From a virus (lineage: Duplodnaviria; Caudoviricetes): a stretch of 33,086 nt of DNA. The stretch spans positions 1-33,086 of the IMG/VR virus record IMGVR_UViG_3300021120_000002; one strand, written 5' to 3'. Within the stretch, counting starts at the first letter, position 1. Every line of letters starts with the position of its first letter. Position numbers and translations under genes: made by a program. Below, piece by piece: positions 25,655 to 33,086 of the stretch. The notes below the pieces were generated by a model. The model had not been told where the DNA came from and searched no databases. It saw only the letters and a program-made list of their open reading frames with translations.

Positions 25655-27413
25655 TTAAGCTGCAACACGGCAAGCGAGTTCAGGATACAAGTTAGCCCAA
25701 CCATACAGAACGTCTAAACGAGTAGGAATAGAGTCGTTGTTAATGGTGTATTGACGAACTACACGCATTGACAGACCGATTTCCTTGTCGCTTGCACGAC
25801 CAGCAAAGTGAACACCCTCTGGCAACTCAAGGTCGGCTACTGCTAGAGTAAACGCATTGCGGTGCATGATGATGTTTTGTGGGGAAACAGTACCAGAGCT
25901 ATTAAAGAAGCTAACAGCAGCAGTTGCTGAAGTAGAAGGGATAGATACGTTCTGGAACTGACCAGCAGTAATAACCGCAGGGCTTACGTTAACAGTAATC
26001 GTGCTACCTGAACCACTAACAGCAGTATTAACAACAAAGTTGCGTAGCTTGTTTGAACCATAAGCCTGACGATTTTGTGGGTTAACTGCATAAACGCCAG
26101 CGATTGTGAATGTATCGCCTTGGTTTAATGAAACACCATTGGTCAATGTCAAAGTGATGTTTGAGCTTGATGCCCAACCACTTGTCAAGAAACCAGTAGC
26201 AGTTGTAGTTGCTACAGTAGCTGTACCAGCAAAAGAACCGAATGTATGTGCTACAACGTTCTGATCCATCTTCCAGTTCATACCAGCAGAGTCACGACCC
26301 ATCAAGCCTTTACGATACTGTTCGCCAATAGCTTCTTGTGGCACAAATAAGCCTTTCAAGCTGTCAACGATAGTAGCGGAAGTAAACGGCTCAACGATAC
26401 ATGATCTACGACCATCACGTGGTGCGCCTTCAGAGTCAAGGTAAGCAGCAGCAGTCAAATAGGTGATCAAACCTGTTGGTGGAGTGCCAGCAGTACCGAC
26501 AATATTGGCGGTGTTGTTAGCGGCCTGTAACGTACCGTCACGGTCGATTTTGTTCGCAATTGCAGCACATTCTGTTACTTCGGCTTTCGCCTACTGACCA
26601 TTTCTGGCGGGGCAACTTCTTCGAATCACCCTCTAGAACTTTGTTTACATCTAGTTGCGTTCTAGTTCAGACTATCGCATCCCATTTCAGGGCCATCCCA
26701 CTTAGTCGTTCAGGCTGCACAGAGTTTCCTCTTGCTTGCCCCTTGTTGTCCTCTACAGGAGTTCCAAGTCAATCAGGGACAGTTTTCCTAGCTCTTAGTG
26801 AACTAGGCCGCTACTGTTAACGGCTGGCTTCAATACACGATCAGAGAACATATCTAAAGACAATGCCAAATCTTGTGTTGTGAACTGTGTGTCAACGTGG
26901 AACTGTGTTGACAAAGTTACAGGCACAGAAGTTTCATTGAAATCTTCTACGTTCAGGGCTGGCCCTGTAGTTCCAATAAAGCGTCCAGGTTTCATTCTGT
27001 TACTTTCAGTCTTTCGACTTACTGACCATTTTCATGGCGGTGCAACTTCTTCGAATCGCACTCTAGGACTTCTTTAGTTATATCCTAGTTCAGACTATCG
27101 CATCCCTTTCGGGGCTTCTCACTTAGTCGTTCAGGCTGCTTTCGCTTGCCCCTTGTTACCCACTTCTGGGACTCCAAGTCAATCAGAGAAACTTTTTCGT
27201 CCGCACACCTAACTCTTTTTACGGACGTTTACTGTGTTACCGATCTTACCACCTCAAATATAAGATCCACAGTAAAAACTGAGGCAGGCTTTATACCACA
27301 GCGAATTGATCGTCATAGTTACGATCTACTTCAGATGTAAATGTTAATTCGTTTTCTAAGACCATCAACGCTTCGTTAGTGATCTTGGAAATGGTTAGCA
27401 AATTATTTGCCAT
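25655..27413 (-). CDS. major capsid protein (P22 coat-like), four exons: 27413-27295, 27254-27221, 26992-26820, 26567-25655; 412 aa spliced
   Basis: Joined exons (119+34+173+913 = 1239 nt) give one open frame: MANNLLTISKITNEALMVLENEL...DDQFAVV-GGKIGNTVNVR-KPGRFIG...VLKPAV-AAIANKID...RLDVLYGW; AAAGGA RBS. Confidence 0.9.
26568..26819 (-). mobile_element. group I intron B, 252 nt, no ORF
   Basis: P1 GCCGU/GCGGC with U-G at the 5' splice site; P10 CAGUA/UGCUG; P2 CCUAG/CUAGG; P3 GUCCC/GGGAU; P7 GACUA/UAGUC; ends AACAGAAUG; removal restores the frame. Confidence 0.9.
26993..27220 (-). mobile_element. group I intron A, 228 nt, no ORF
   Basis: P1 CGUCCGU/GCGGACG with U-G at the 5' splice site; P10 AGGU/ACCU; P3 UUCUC/GAGAA; P7 GACUA/UAGUC; ends AACAGAAUG; removal restores VNVRKPGRF. 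Confidence 0.9.
27255..27294 (-). other. 40-nt core-less group I-like mini-intron
   Basis: AUAAAGCCUGCCUCAGUUUUUACUGUGGAUCUUAUAUUUG; follows U, ends in G; GCCUGCCUCAGU is complementary to the ligated junction GCUGUGGU|AGGU; carries an in-frame UAA and shifts the frame. Confidence 0.7.
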
Positions 27414-27444
27414 GATTTATTTCCTTTATTAAATATTGGGTATA

Positions 27445-28356
27445 TCAGCGTATCCGTTTAGCCTGTCTTGCAGCTTTCCATTGGGCATAAGTCCCATGAA
27501 ATGCTCCATTGCCATCAATAAGAACGTCTGAAGTTCCTTTTCCGGCAGTTAAAGGCTTAATCGGTGCTGGTGCTTTACTACGAGCAACAGTTTCGCTTTT
27601 CTCAACAGGAGCTTCTTTACGCTCGAATTGAACTTCCAATTTCCCTAATTCCTTGAGTGCTTTATTAGTCGGCATTGCTGCCAATTTACTAGCGTAATCA
27701 TCATCTGATGCTAGGTGATATAGGATTTGTGGGCCTACATCTGATTCTAGAATTGCATCTCGTACTTCATCTCGTACTTGCACGTTGCTAGAAGCTACCA
27801 TATCGTCAAAGTCAGGAATATCAGCTTTAGCAGATTCGAGTTTTGCAGACCACGACTTGATTACTTCGTTTCTCTGTTCATCTACCTTGCGTTGCTGTTC
27901 TTGTATATCACGCTGTTCTAATGCCTTTTCTGCGCTCCATTCGGCTAATGCTTCAGCGTATTCAAAAGCATCATTAAACTGCGATGCTTGTGGTTTTTCG
28001 ATGACAGGATCAACTTTTGGAGATGCAGGGGCTTGTCTGCTCTCAAGTTCTTGTAAACGTGCTTCTAAACTTGCTTTATCTGCCTCTGCTTGTTTGGCTC
28101 GTTTTGTAAGTTCTGAAAATCGTTTTTCAAGTTTGGGATTTTGTTTAGGCTTGTCTGTTACTTGCGCTTCATCTTCTGCCTCTGGTTCACTCTCAGCTTG
28201 TGCCTCAACTGCTGGCTCTGAATCAGGAGTTTCCTCAACTGCTTCAGCCGCAACAGGGGCTTCCTCACTAGCTAAACCAAGTTTATTAGCAGTCCATTCC
28301 GCTAAATTATCGCTTGTTACGACATTATCTGCCGTTCTTACATTTGCTTCTGACAT
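27445..28356 (-). CDS. scaffolding protein
   Basis: Acidic N-terminus, KRFSELT, coiled coil, GPQILYHLA, SKAPAPIKPL; between portal and coat. Confidence 0.85.
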   Translation of the reverse strand: MSEANVRTADNVVTSDNLAEWTANKLGLASEEAPVAAEAVEETPDSEPAVEAQAESEPEAEDEAQVTDKPKQNPKLEKRFSELTKRAKQAEADKASLEARLQELESRQAPASPKVDPVIEKPQASQFNDAFEYAEALAEWSAEKALEQRDIQEQQRKVDEQRNEVIKSWSAKLESAKADIPDFDDMVASSNVQVRDEVRDAILESDVGPQILYHLASDDDYASKLAAMPTNKALKELGKLEVQFERKEAPVEKSETVARSKAPAPIKPLTAGKGTSDVLIDGNGAFHGTYAQWKAARQAKRIR

Positions 28357-28417
28357 GGATAACTCCAAGAATTAACCCAATGAACCCATTGGTAGGTAAA
28401 TGCTTTTATAACATAAA

Positions 28418-28435
28418 TGTTGTGTTTTTACAACA
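28418..28435. promoter_or_regulatory. palindromic operator-like site, copy 2
   Basis: Minus strand TGTTGTAAAAACACAACA; overlaps a possible TTGTAA-17-TATAAA promoter for scaffold/coat. Confidence 0.55.
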
Positions 28436-28801
28436 TTATTCTGGTTCGTAATTTTTTAGTTGCCCTTTGTGCATTTCAAAATGACCCAAATGTTCTTTAG
28501 CTAAATTTTTATATTCATTTCCAGCCATACTCCAAGAGGTATGCGCTCTGTTGTGCATATTGGCTGCATGAAGGTGGTTTTTATGGTTTTCTTTTTCCAT
28601 TGCCGTTTGAGTAGCTTTATATGCTTCTGAAGAATGACCATGAGCTTCAATAGTTTTATGGTGAGGATTAGCTTCGTACCATTCTCTTTTAGGTTCTTTA
28701 GGTCTTGTTTTGTTTGCCAATCCTTTTGTTTCAGGTTTGTTACCCATTTTTTTGGCAATGAAATCTTCACGATTTTCTGAAGTGACTGTTTCTCTTGTCA
28801 T
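28436..28801 (-). CDS. His-rich hypothetical protein
   Basis: ORF between portal and scaffold. Confidence 0.7.
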   Translation of the reverse strand: MTRETVTSENREDFIAKKMGNKPETKGLANKTRPKEPKREWYEANPHHKTIEAHGHSSEAYKATQTAMEKENHKNHLHAANMHNRAHTSWSMAGNEYKNLAKEHLGHFEMHKGQLKNYEPE

Positions 28802-28802
28802 T

Positions 28803-30878
28803 TTAAATAGCTCTTTCTGTAGTTTCTGCGTTAGCTAGTTCAGCTTGTTTATGATCCATATTTGCAAGCAATATAGCTACTTGCGCTTTTAACTGCTCTA
28901 CTTCTAATTGAGTCTGAGTCTTGATAACTGTGTCATGCGCTTGTGTATCAGTACGCATCTGAGTATCTTCACGCTTAACATCTAAACGCATCTTCTCACG
29001 CTGTGTTTCAGCTTCTTGTACTTGTTGTTGGACAGTAGCACGATATTTCTTATCCATTTCTTCAGCTTGAATCTGCTGTTGAAGTTGCTGGATCATCTGT
29101 TTGCTTTGAGCCAACTGCATCTGTACTTGTGGTGGAATAGGTGACTTATCGTCAATTTGCGCCATAGGATTGGCTGCTGCAAGTCTATCTGCAATGACTT
29201 CTGCGCCTGGGAAGTCCATATTACGGAATATTAGATCACCAGCAGTTTGCATCAATGTAGGATCAGCACCTAATAAACTCATCATAGAATCGACTGCTTC
29301 TTGACGTTTAGAGTTGTAACCAGGGCCTGTTTCCATTACTACGTCATATTCGCCTACAGTTACGTCATTTAAGACTTTAGACACGCCTTGCTCGTCTTGA
29401 CCTTGCTCATTGATAGTAACCATCTCAGGCTTACCATCATCGCCAATAATACGCATTACACGCTGTCTATCGTAGATTTTAGGAATTAGATCAAGAATGA
29501 TACGACCTGTATGACGGATTGAGCGAGTCAAATTGTCATAGTAGTGAAAGTTAGTCATATCAGCTTGAGATTGCTGACCTTGCAATGACTTGCCAGATTG
29601 CATACCTTGTGGCAATTGACCAGGATCAAAGATACCTACAACTGCTTGTAAGTCTTGATTCATGCCTTGCAATGCAGTCATTACGCCTGCTGGTGGTGGT
29701 TCTGGCTGTAATCTTGTAGGTGCTGGAGCAGTCCGACCTTCAATATCTGTCTGCTTATAACGTAATACAGGCATAGCTTTAATGTTAGCCATTGCCCATT
29801 CGTTCTCATGACCTTCGTCTTGACCTTCAGCAAGCAACCATTTAGCTTTAGGAGCTAATGCTACAGTTTCAGTCAATGCTGTTGACCAGTAGTTATACAT
29901 ACGTTGTGGGTCTTTAGCCATACGCACTAGACCAAACTTCTTATGCTTATCGTCAACTCTTACTTCTTGACCATATACCGGCACGATAGGAATAAACTTA
30001 CCAGCCCATTCGCCTTCTTCAAGGATTTGCATAGCCGTTAGCTTGCACCATTTAATCTTTTTGCGCCAGGTATCACGCTTATCAATCACAGTAATACCAG
30101 CAGCAGCCAATGCTTCTTTGCTTGGCATTTCATCGCTATAGCCTGTTGTGCCGTCTGAAAGCTGAATAATCATTGCTTTCTCACGCTCAGTATAGAAATA
30201 CTCAGCTATGCGTATATCTTCCTTTGTGACCCATTCCGACTCCGTATCGCCCGTTCCTCTACTGGAAAATCCTTGAGTGTCCTCTGCATTTGGATACATT
30301 TTCTTGAACACGGCTTTACTGACAACTGTTGTAACAAGGCACTTTTCAGCATCTGAGCCATCAGGTTCAACGCTATTAGGGTCAAAATAAACGCTAAAAG
30401 GATTTTCAATACGCTTAATGTAGATTTCTTGATCAAAGCTGTCATCCCTTACATAGTCTGTAGTTACACGCCAATAGCCCCAACCCATCTTTACGCAATA
30501 TTCAAACGCATGATCATAGGCTTGATCTGCATCGCTTTGATTCTCAATATGACGAGTAATGCCTGTAATAATCTCGGCTACTTTGGCATCTGAGTCATTG
30601 TTCATGCCATGCACTTTGATGCGTGGGCGTTGTTGACGTTGCTGATTACAAATTTGACGGATATAAGCATCTACCTTATTAATCGTCAAACAAGGTCTAG
30701 CTTCTAATACTCGGCTATTTTGTACATCTACAGGCCATTGATCGCCTGCTGCAAATCTCACATCATCTAACGCTTCAGCACGATTGTTGCTATCAGAATC
30801 GTTACAAAGCCTTAAAAACTGCTTGGCTTCTTCAATTCTGCCGTCTGATTGTGAGTCTGCAACGCTATCGTATGCCAT
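28803..30878 (-). CDS. portal protein (P22 gp1-like)
   Basis: GDQWP, RPCLTINK, IPIVP, KDPQRMYNYW, GEYDVVMETGPGYNSKRQEA, C-terminal Gln-rich barrel. Confidence 0.93.
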   Translation of the reverse strand: MAYDSVADSQSDGRIEEAKQFLRLCNDSDSNNRAEALDDVRFAAGDQWPVDVQNSRVLEARPCLTINKVDAYIRQICNQQRQQRPRIKVHGMNNDSDAKVAEIITGITRHIENQSDADQAYDHAFEYCVKMGWGYWRVTTDYVRDDSFDQEIYIKRIENPFSVYFDPNSVEPDGSDAEKCLVTTVVSKAVFKKMYPNAEDTQGFSSRGTGDTESEWVTKEDIRIAEYFYTEREKAMIIQLSDGTTGYSDEMPSKEALAAAGITVIDKRDTWRKKIKWCKLTAMQILEEGEWAGKFIPIVPVYGQEVRVDDKHKKFGLVRMAKDPQRMYNYWSTALTETVALAPKAKWLLAEGQDEGHENEWAMANIKAMPVLRYKQTDIEGRTAPAPTRLQPEPPPAGVMTALQGMNQDLQAVVGIFDPGQLPQGMQSGKSLQGQQSQADMTNFHYYDNLTRSIRHTGRIILDLIPKIYDRQRVMRIIGDDGKPEMVTINEQGQDEQGVSKVLNDVTVGEYDVVMETGPGYNSKRQEAVDSMMSLLGADPTLMQTAGDLIFRNMDFPGAEVIADRLAAANPMAQIDDKSPIPPQVQMQLAQSKQMIQQLQQQIQAEEMDKKYRATVQQQVQEAETQREKMRLDVKREDTQMRTDTQAHDTVIKTQTQLEVEQLKAQVAILLANMDHKQAELANAETTERAI

Positions 30879-30936
30879 AGGTATTCCTTAGTATTTGGCT
30901 GATTTTAAGCCAACTGTATCATTTTTACTACACATT

Positions 30937-32226
30937 TTAGCCCATCCATGAACTTGGTAGGTTATAAGTTGATTTTTGTTTGGGTGCTTTTCTAGGCTCG
31001 TTAACCATAAGTCCGATGTAACGGAAAGCATCTGCTCCGTGGCTGTAGTTGTCATGCAAGGGTTTTTGACTAAATTGCTTGGTATCTGGATCAACGTCAT
31101 ACCTATAATGTCTGAGGCATTGTAAGCCTTCATGGGTGTTTGTGCGGTCAAACCAGCACTTATTGAACATCATTCGTGCAGCATTGATTGAATCTACGAT
31201 AGGAGTTCTTTCGATAACTCTTGTATTGAAGTTTGCAGCTCTGACCACTTCCTCGATACTTTTGCCGTGTGAGGCCAAAGTTTTGTTGCCAGCATCATGT
31301 GGTAACCAAATAGTGTCGATAATGTATCCATAAGACTGTATTTTAGCAAGATAATGAGCAATTGTCTGTTGATTGTCCTCGTGATAGCGTATCAATCTGA
31401 CTTCTTGGGCAATAAATTGAACAACCCAATAAGCAGTAGAGTCTGCCCAGCCCAAATCAAAAACAACGTGACAGGGCTTGATTGGATCGTAGGGTAAATT
31501 GCATATTCTGCCATCTAGCTCTGCCATAGTCAATTCTTTAGCAAAGATAGCACCATCTACTGTCTGACGGCATAATCCTTCCCAGACTGTGTTGTACGCT
31601 TCTCTATCCCTACTAAATAAGGCATCTTTCTCTAATTTGAGAGTATCTGGGAACCAGGGATTGTCTGACCAATTAATCTTAGCAACTTTGCAGTTCTCTG
31701 GCGGTGATACCACGAACCTTTGATAGGTTTCATCGCTTTCAAGCTCCGGATTGAACGTAACCCAGATTTCTGATTGTTCTTTACGGATGGTAGGGATAAG
31801 AATATTCCACGAAGTTTTTGATACCGATTGTGCTTCTTCCACCCAACAGAGGTCAACACCCTCAAAAGACTTGATGTTTGTGACGTTGTTTTTAAGGCCA
31901 ACAAACGCAAATTCAGTACCATTCTTGCCTCGAATGGAGTTTTGTGTAATTTCATAGAACGATTCTAGTTTTAAAGCAATGATTTGGTCTGATAGCAGTT
32001 TATGAACTGATTGACCTATTGAATTTTGGAACTCACGAGCGCATAGCACCCTTGTAGGCTTCTTTACGCCAATAACGAGTAATGCACGAGCGACCCCCCA
32101 AGATTTAGCACCACCACGACCACCATAAAGCACCTTATATCGGCATGGATCAAATAGCATTTGCAGCTTGATTGGAAAATCAACCTGACTAACAGCTTCC
32201 CTAATCTCTGATGTGATTTCACTCAT
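30937..32226 (-). CDS. terL: terminase large subunit (PBSX family)
   Basis: Walker A YGGRGGAKS, Walker B CWVEEAQ, TFNP, FDLG, HGADAFRY. Confidence 0.95.
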   Translation of the reverse strand: MSEITSEIREAVSQVDFPIKLQMLFDPCRYKVLYGGRGGAKSWGVARALLVIGVKKPTRVLCAREFQNSIGQSVHKLLSDQIIALKLESFYEITQNSIRGKNGTEFAFVGLKNNVTNIKSFEGVDLCWVEEAQSVSKTSWNILIPTIRKEQSEIWVTFNPELESDETYQRFVVSPPENCKVAKINWSDNPWFPDTLKLEKDALFSRDREAYNTVWEGLCRQTVDGAIFAKELTMAELDGRICNLPYDPIKPCHVVFDLGWADSTAYWVVQFIAQEVRLIRYHEDNQQTIAHYLAKIQSYGYIIDTIWLPHDAGNKTLASHGKSIEEVVRAANFNTRVIERTPIVDSINAARMMFNKCWFDRTNTHEGLQCLRHYRYDVDPDTKQFSQKPLHDNYSHGADAFRYIGLMVNEPRKAPKQKSTYNLPSSWMG

Positions 32227-32530
32227 CTACAGGTGGTGAAATGATAGATGGAACATGAAAACGCACTTCTAATGAAGTTGTTACATTGTTTCCTTCGCCA
32301 TCTTCAAAAGTTGTCGCTTGTACTGCTTTACCATCTGTTCTGTCAGCTAAGAAGTTAACAGCCCACGGCTCACCTTCTTCTGCTTTCTCTAATACTTTGT
32401 CAGCAGCATTGCGTAGCTTCTGTGGGTTCTGAGCAATAGACTTGCGTAGAGCATCTAAAAATGGCTTATTCTTTGTGCCATTCTTGTTACCAGGCTGTCC
32501 ACCTCTTGAATTATTCGACTTTTCTTCCAT
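32219..32530 (-). CDS. terS: putative terminase small subunit
   Basis: RGGQPGNKNG N-terminus, DRTDGKAVQ; overlaps the terL start. Confidence 0.65.
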   Translation of the reverse strand: MEEKSNNSRGGQPGNKNGTKNKPFLDALRKSIAQNPQKLRNAADKVLEKAEEGEPWAVNFLADRTDGKAVQATTFEDGEGNNVTTSLEVRFHVPSIISPPVDE

Positions 32531-32541
32531 GTTCTTGATTA

Positions 32542-32559
32542 TGTTGTTTTTTTACAACA
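32542..32559. promoter_or_regulatory. palindromic operator-like site, copy 3
   Basis: Minus strand TGTTGTAAAAAAACAACA, 11 nt upstream of the terS ATG. Confidence 0.55.
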
Positions 32560-32560
32560 C

Positions 32561-32737
32561 TTATGATTGTGAAATATCAGGTTCTTTAATCTCATCAGAC
32601 TGTTGTTTTTTTGCAACATCCATTTGAGCTTGAGCAATAGCATTGATACCATCTATGAGGTTCTTGCTATACACATAAGGTAATTGCCCTAATGCTTGTA
32701 GCAACTCATTTACTTGTTGTACTGTAAAAGTGATCAT
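32561..32737 (-). CDS. hypothetical protein, 58 aa
   Basis: Hand-translated MITFTVQQVNELLQALGQLPYVYSKNLIDGINAIAQAQMDVAKKQQSDEIKEPDISQS. Confidence 0.7.
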   Translation of the reverse strand: MITFTVQQVNELLQALGQLPYVYSKNLIDGINAIAQAQMDVAKKQQSDEIKEPDISQS

Positions 32738-32739
32738 TC

Positions 32740-33060
32740 TTATACTCTCTTAGCTTTAGTTTTCTTAGTTGCTGCACGTTTCTCGCTATAGGCAATTGCA
32801 AGAGCCTGAGCTTTTGGTTTTCCTTCTTTCAATTCTTCTTTCAAATTTGATACAAATGCTTTTTTGCTGGCTGATTTTTTGAGAGGCATCGTTTTGCTCC
32901 TAGTTGTAGCCTTTTTAAGGCTTGGTTTACGTTTAACTTCGTCATTAATAGGGAAATGCCACGCATTAGATGGCTTTATTGGTTCAGGCTCTACTTGGTC
33001 TTGCATCCATTTCCAAATGGCTTGTAATCTATCCCAAATTTTGTGTAATGTACTGTACAT
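32740..33060 (-). CDS. hypothetical protein with internal start (32889) for a small basic MPLKK protein
   Basis: AGGGG RBS before the ATG at 33060; AGGAG RBS before the in-frame ATG at 32889 (MPLKKSASKK...QALAIAYS). Confidence 0.65.
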   Translation of the reverse strand: MYSTLHKIWDRLQAIWKWMQDQVEPEPIKPSNAWHFPINDEVKRKPSLKKATTRSKTMPLKKSASKKAFVSNLKEELKEGKPKAQALAIAYSEKRAATKKTKAKRV

Positions 33061-33086
33061 TTTTTCCCCTATTCTACCCAGCAAAC

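Noticed and set aside
27251-27299. T4 gene 60-style ribosomal bypass of the 40-nt insert
   Set aside because: A take-off GUA followed by UAA is present, but the nearby matching GUGGUA lands in the wrong frame and the codon before the resume point is UGA. The next in-frame GUA would delete GGKIGNT. The IGS and U/G splice-site pattern fit splicing better. Not formally excluded.
25655-27413. Capsid gene as a pseudogene, or as separate ORFs 25655..26470 and 26795..26995
   Set aside because: Removing the three inserts at U|...G| boundaries gives a continuous 412-aa coat protein; the ATG at 26995 uses the intron's terminal AUG.
27785-28375. Long plus-strand ORFs opposite late genes (also 8023..8403, 18765..19085, 22159..22437)
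   Set aside because: Antisense shadows of codon-biased genes, with no recognisable motifs.
30894-30913. Hairpin TTGGCT/AGCCAA between terL and portal
   Set aside because: Short stem with no U tract and no convincing -35, so no function can be supported.
1-33086. Stop-codon reassignment (alternative genetic code)
   Set aside because: TAA, TAG and TGA all end well-formed genes, and long genes are intact under the standard code.
1-33086. tRNA genes, CRISPR arrays, reverse transcriptase/DGR, integrase, inteins
   Set aside because: None recognised by eye; terminase and portal read as uninterrupted and of normal length.

Overview
Most of the genome of a P22-like (podovirus-type) tailed phage; no integrase or CI repressor lies in the window. 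Positions 1-1.9 kb hold a leftward replication block (Cro-like HTH, DUF1376/YdaU-type initiator with iterons). Positions 2.0-6.56 kb hold a rightward early block (ERF annealing protein, SSB-like protein, PD-(D/E)XK exonuclease, small ORFs, HNH). Positions 6.56-33 kb are a minus-strand late operon: terminase, portal, scaffold, coat, tail adaptor and hub, fibres, ejection proteins and lysis genes. The main observation is that the major capsid gene is split into four exons. Two interruptions are related, ORF-less group I introns (228 and 252 nt). The third is a 40-nt element with a group I-style internal guide sequence (P1 and P10), a U-G 5' splice site and a terminal G, but no catalytic core. 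It looks like a non-autonomous mini-intron that would need a neighbouring ribozyme to be removed from an essential gene. Also noted: an FNR-type class II promoter in front of a putative small RNA, a recurring 18-bp palindrome, structured leaders and a glycosyltransferase moron. All protein family calls are from motif recognition and gene order, not database searches.
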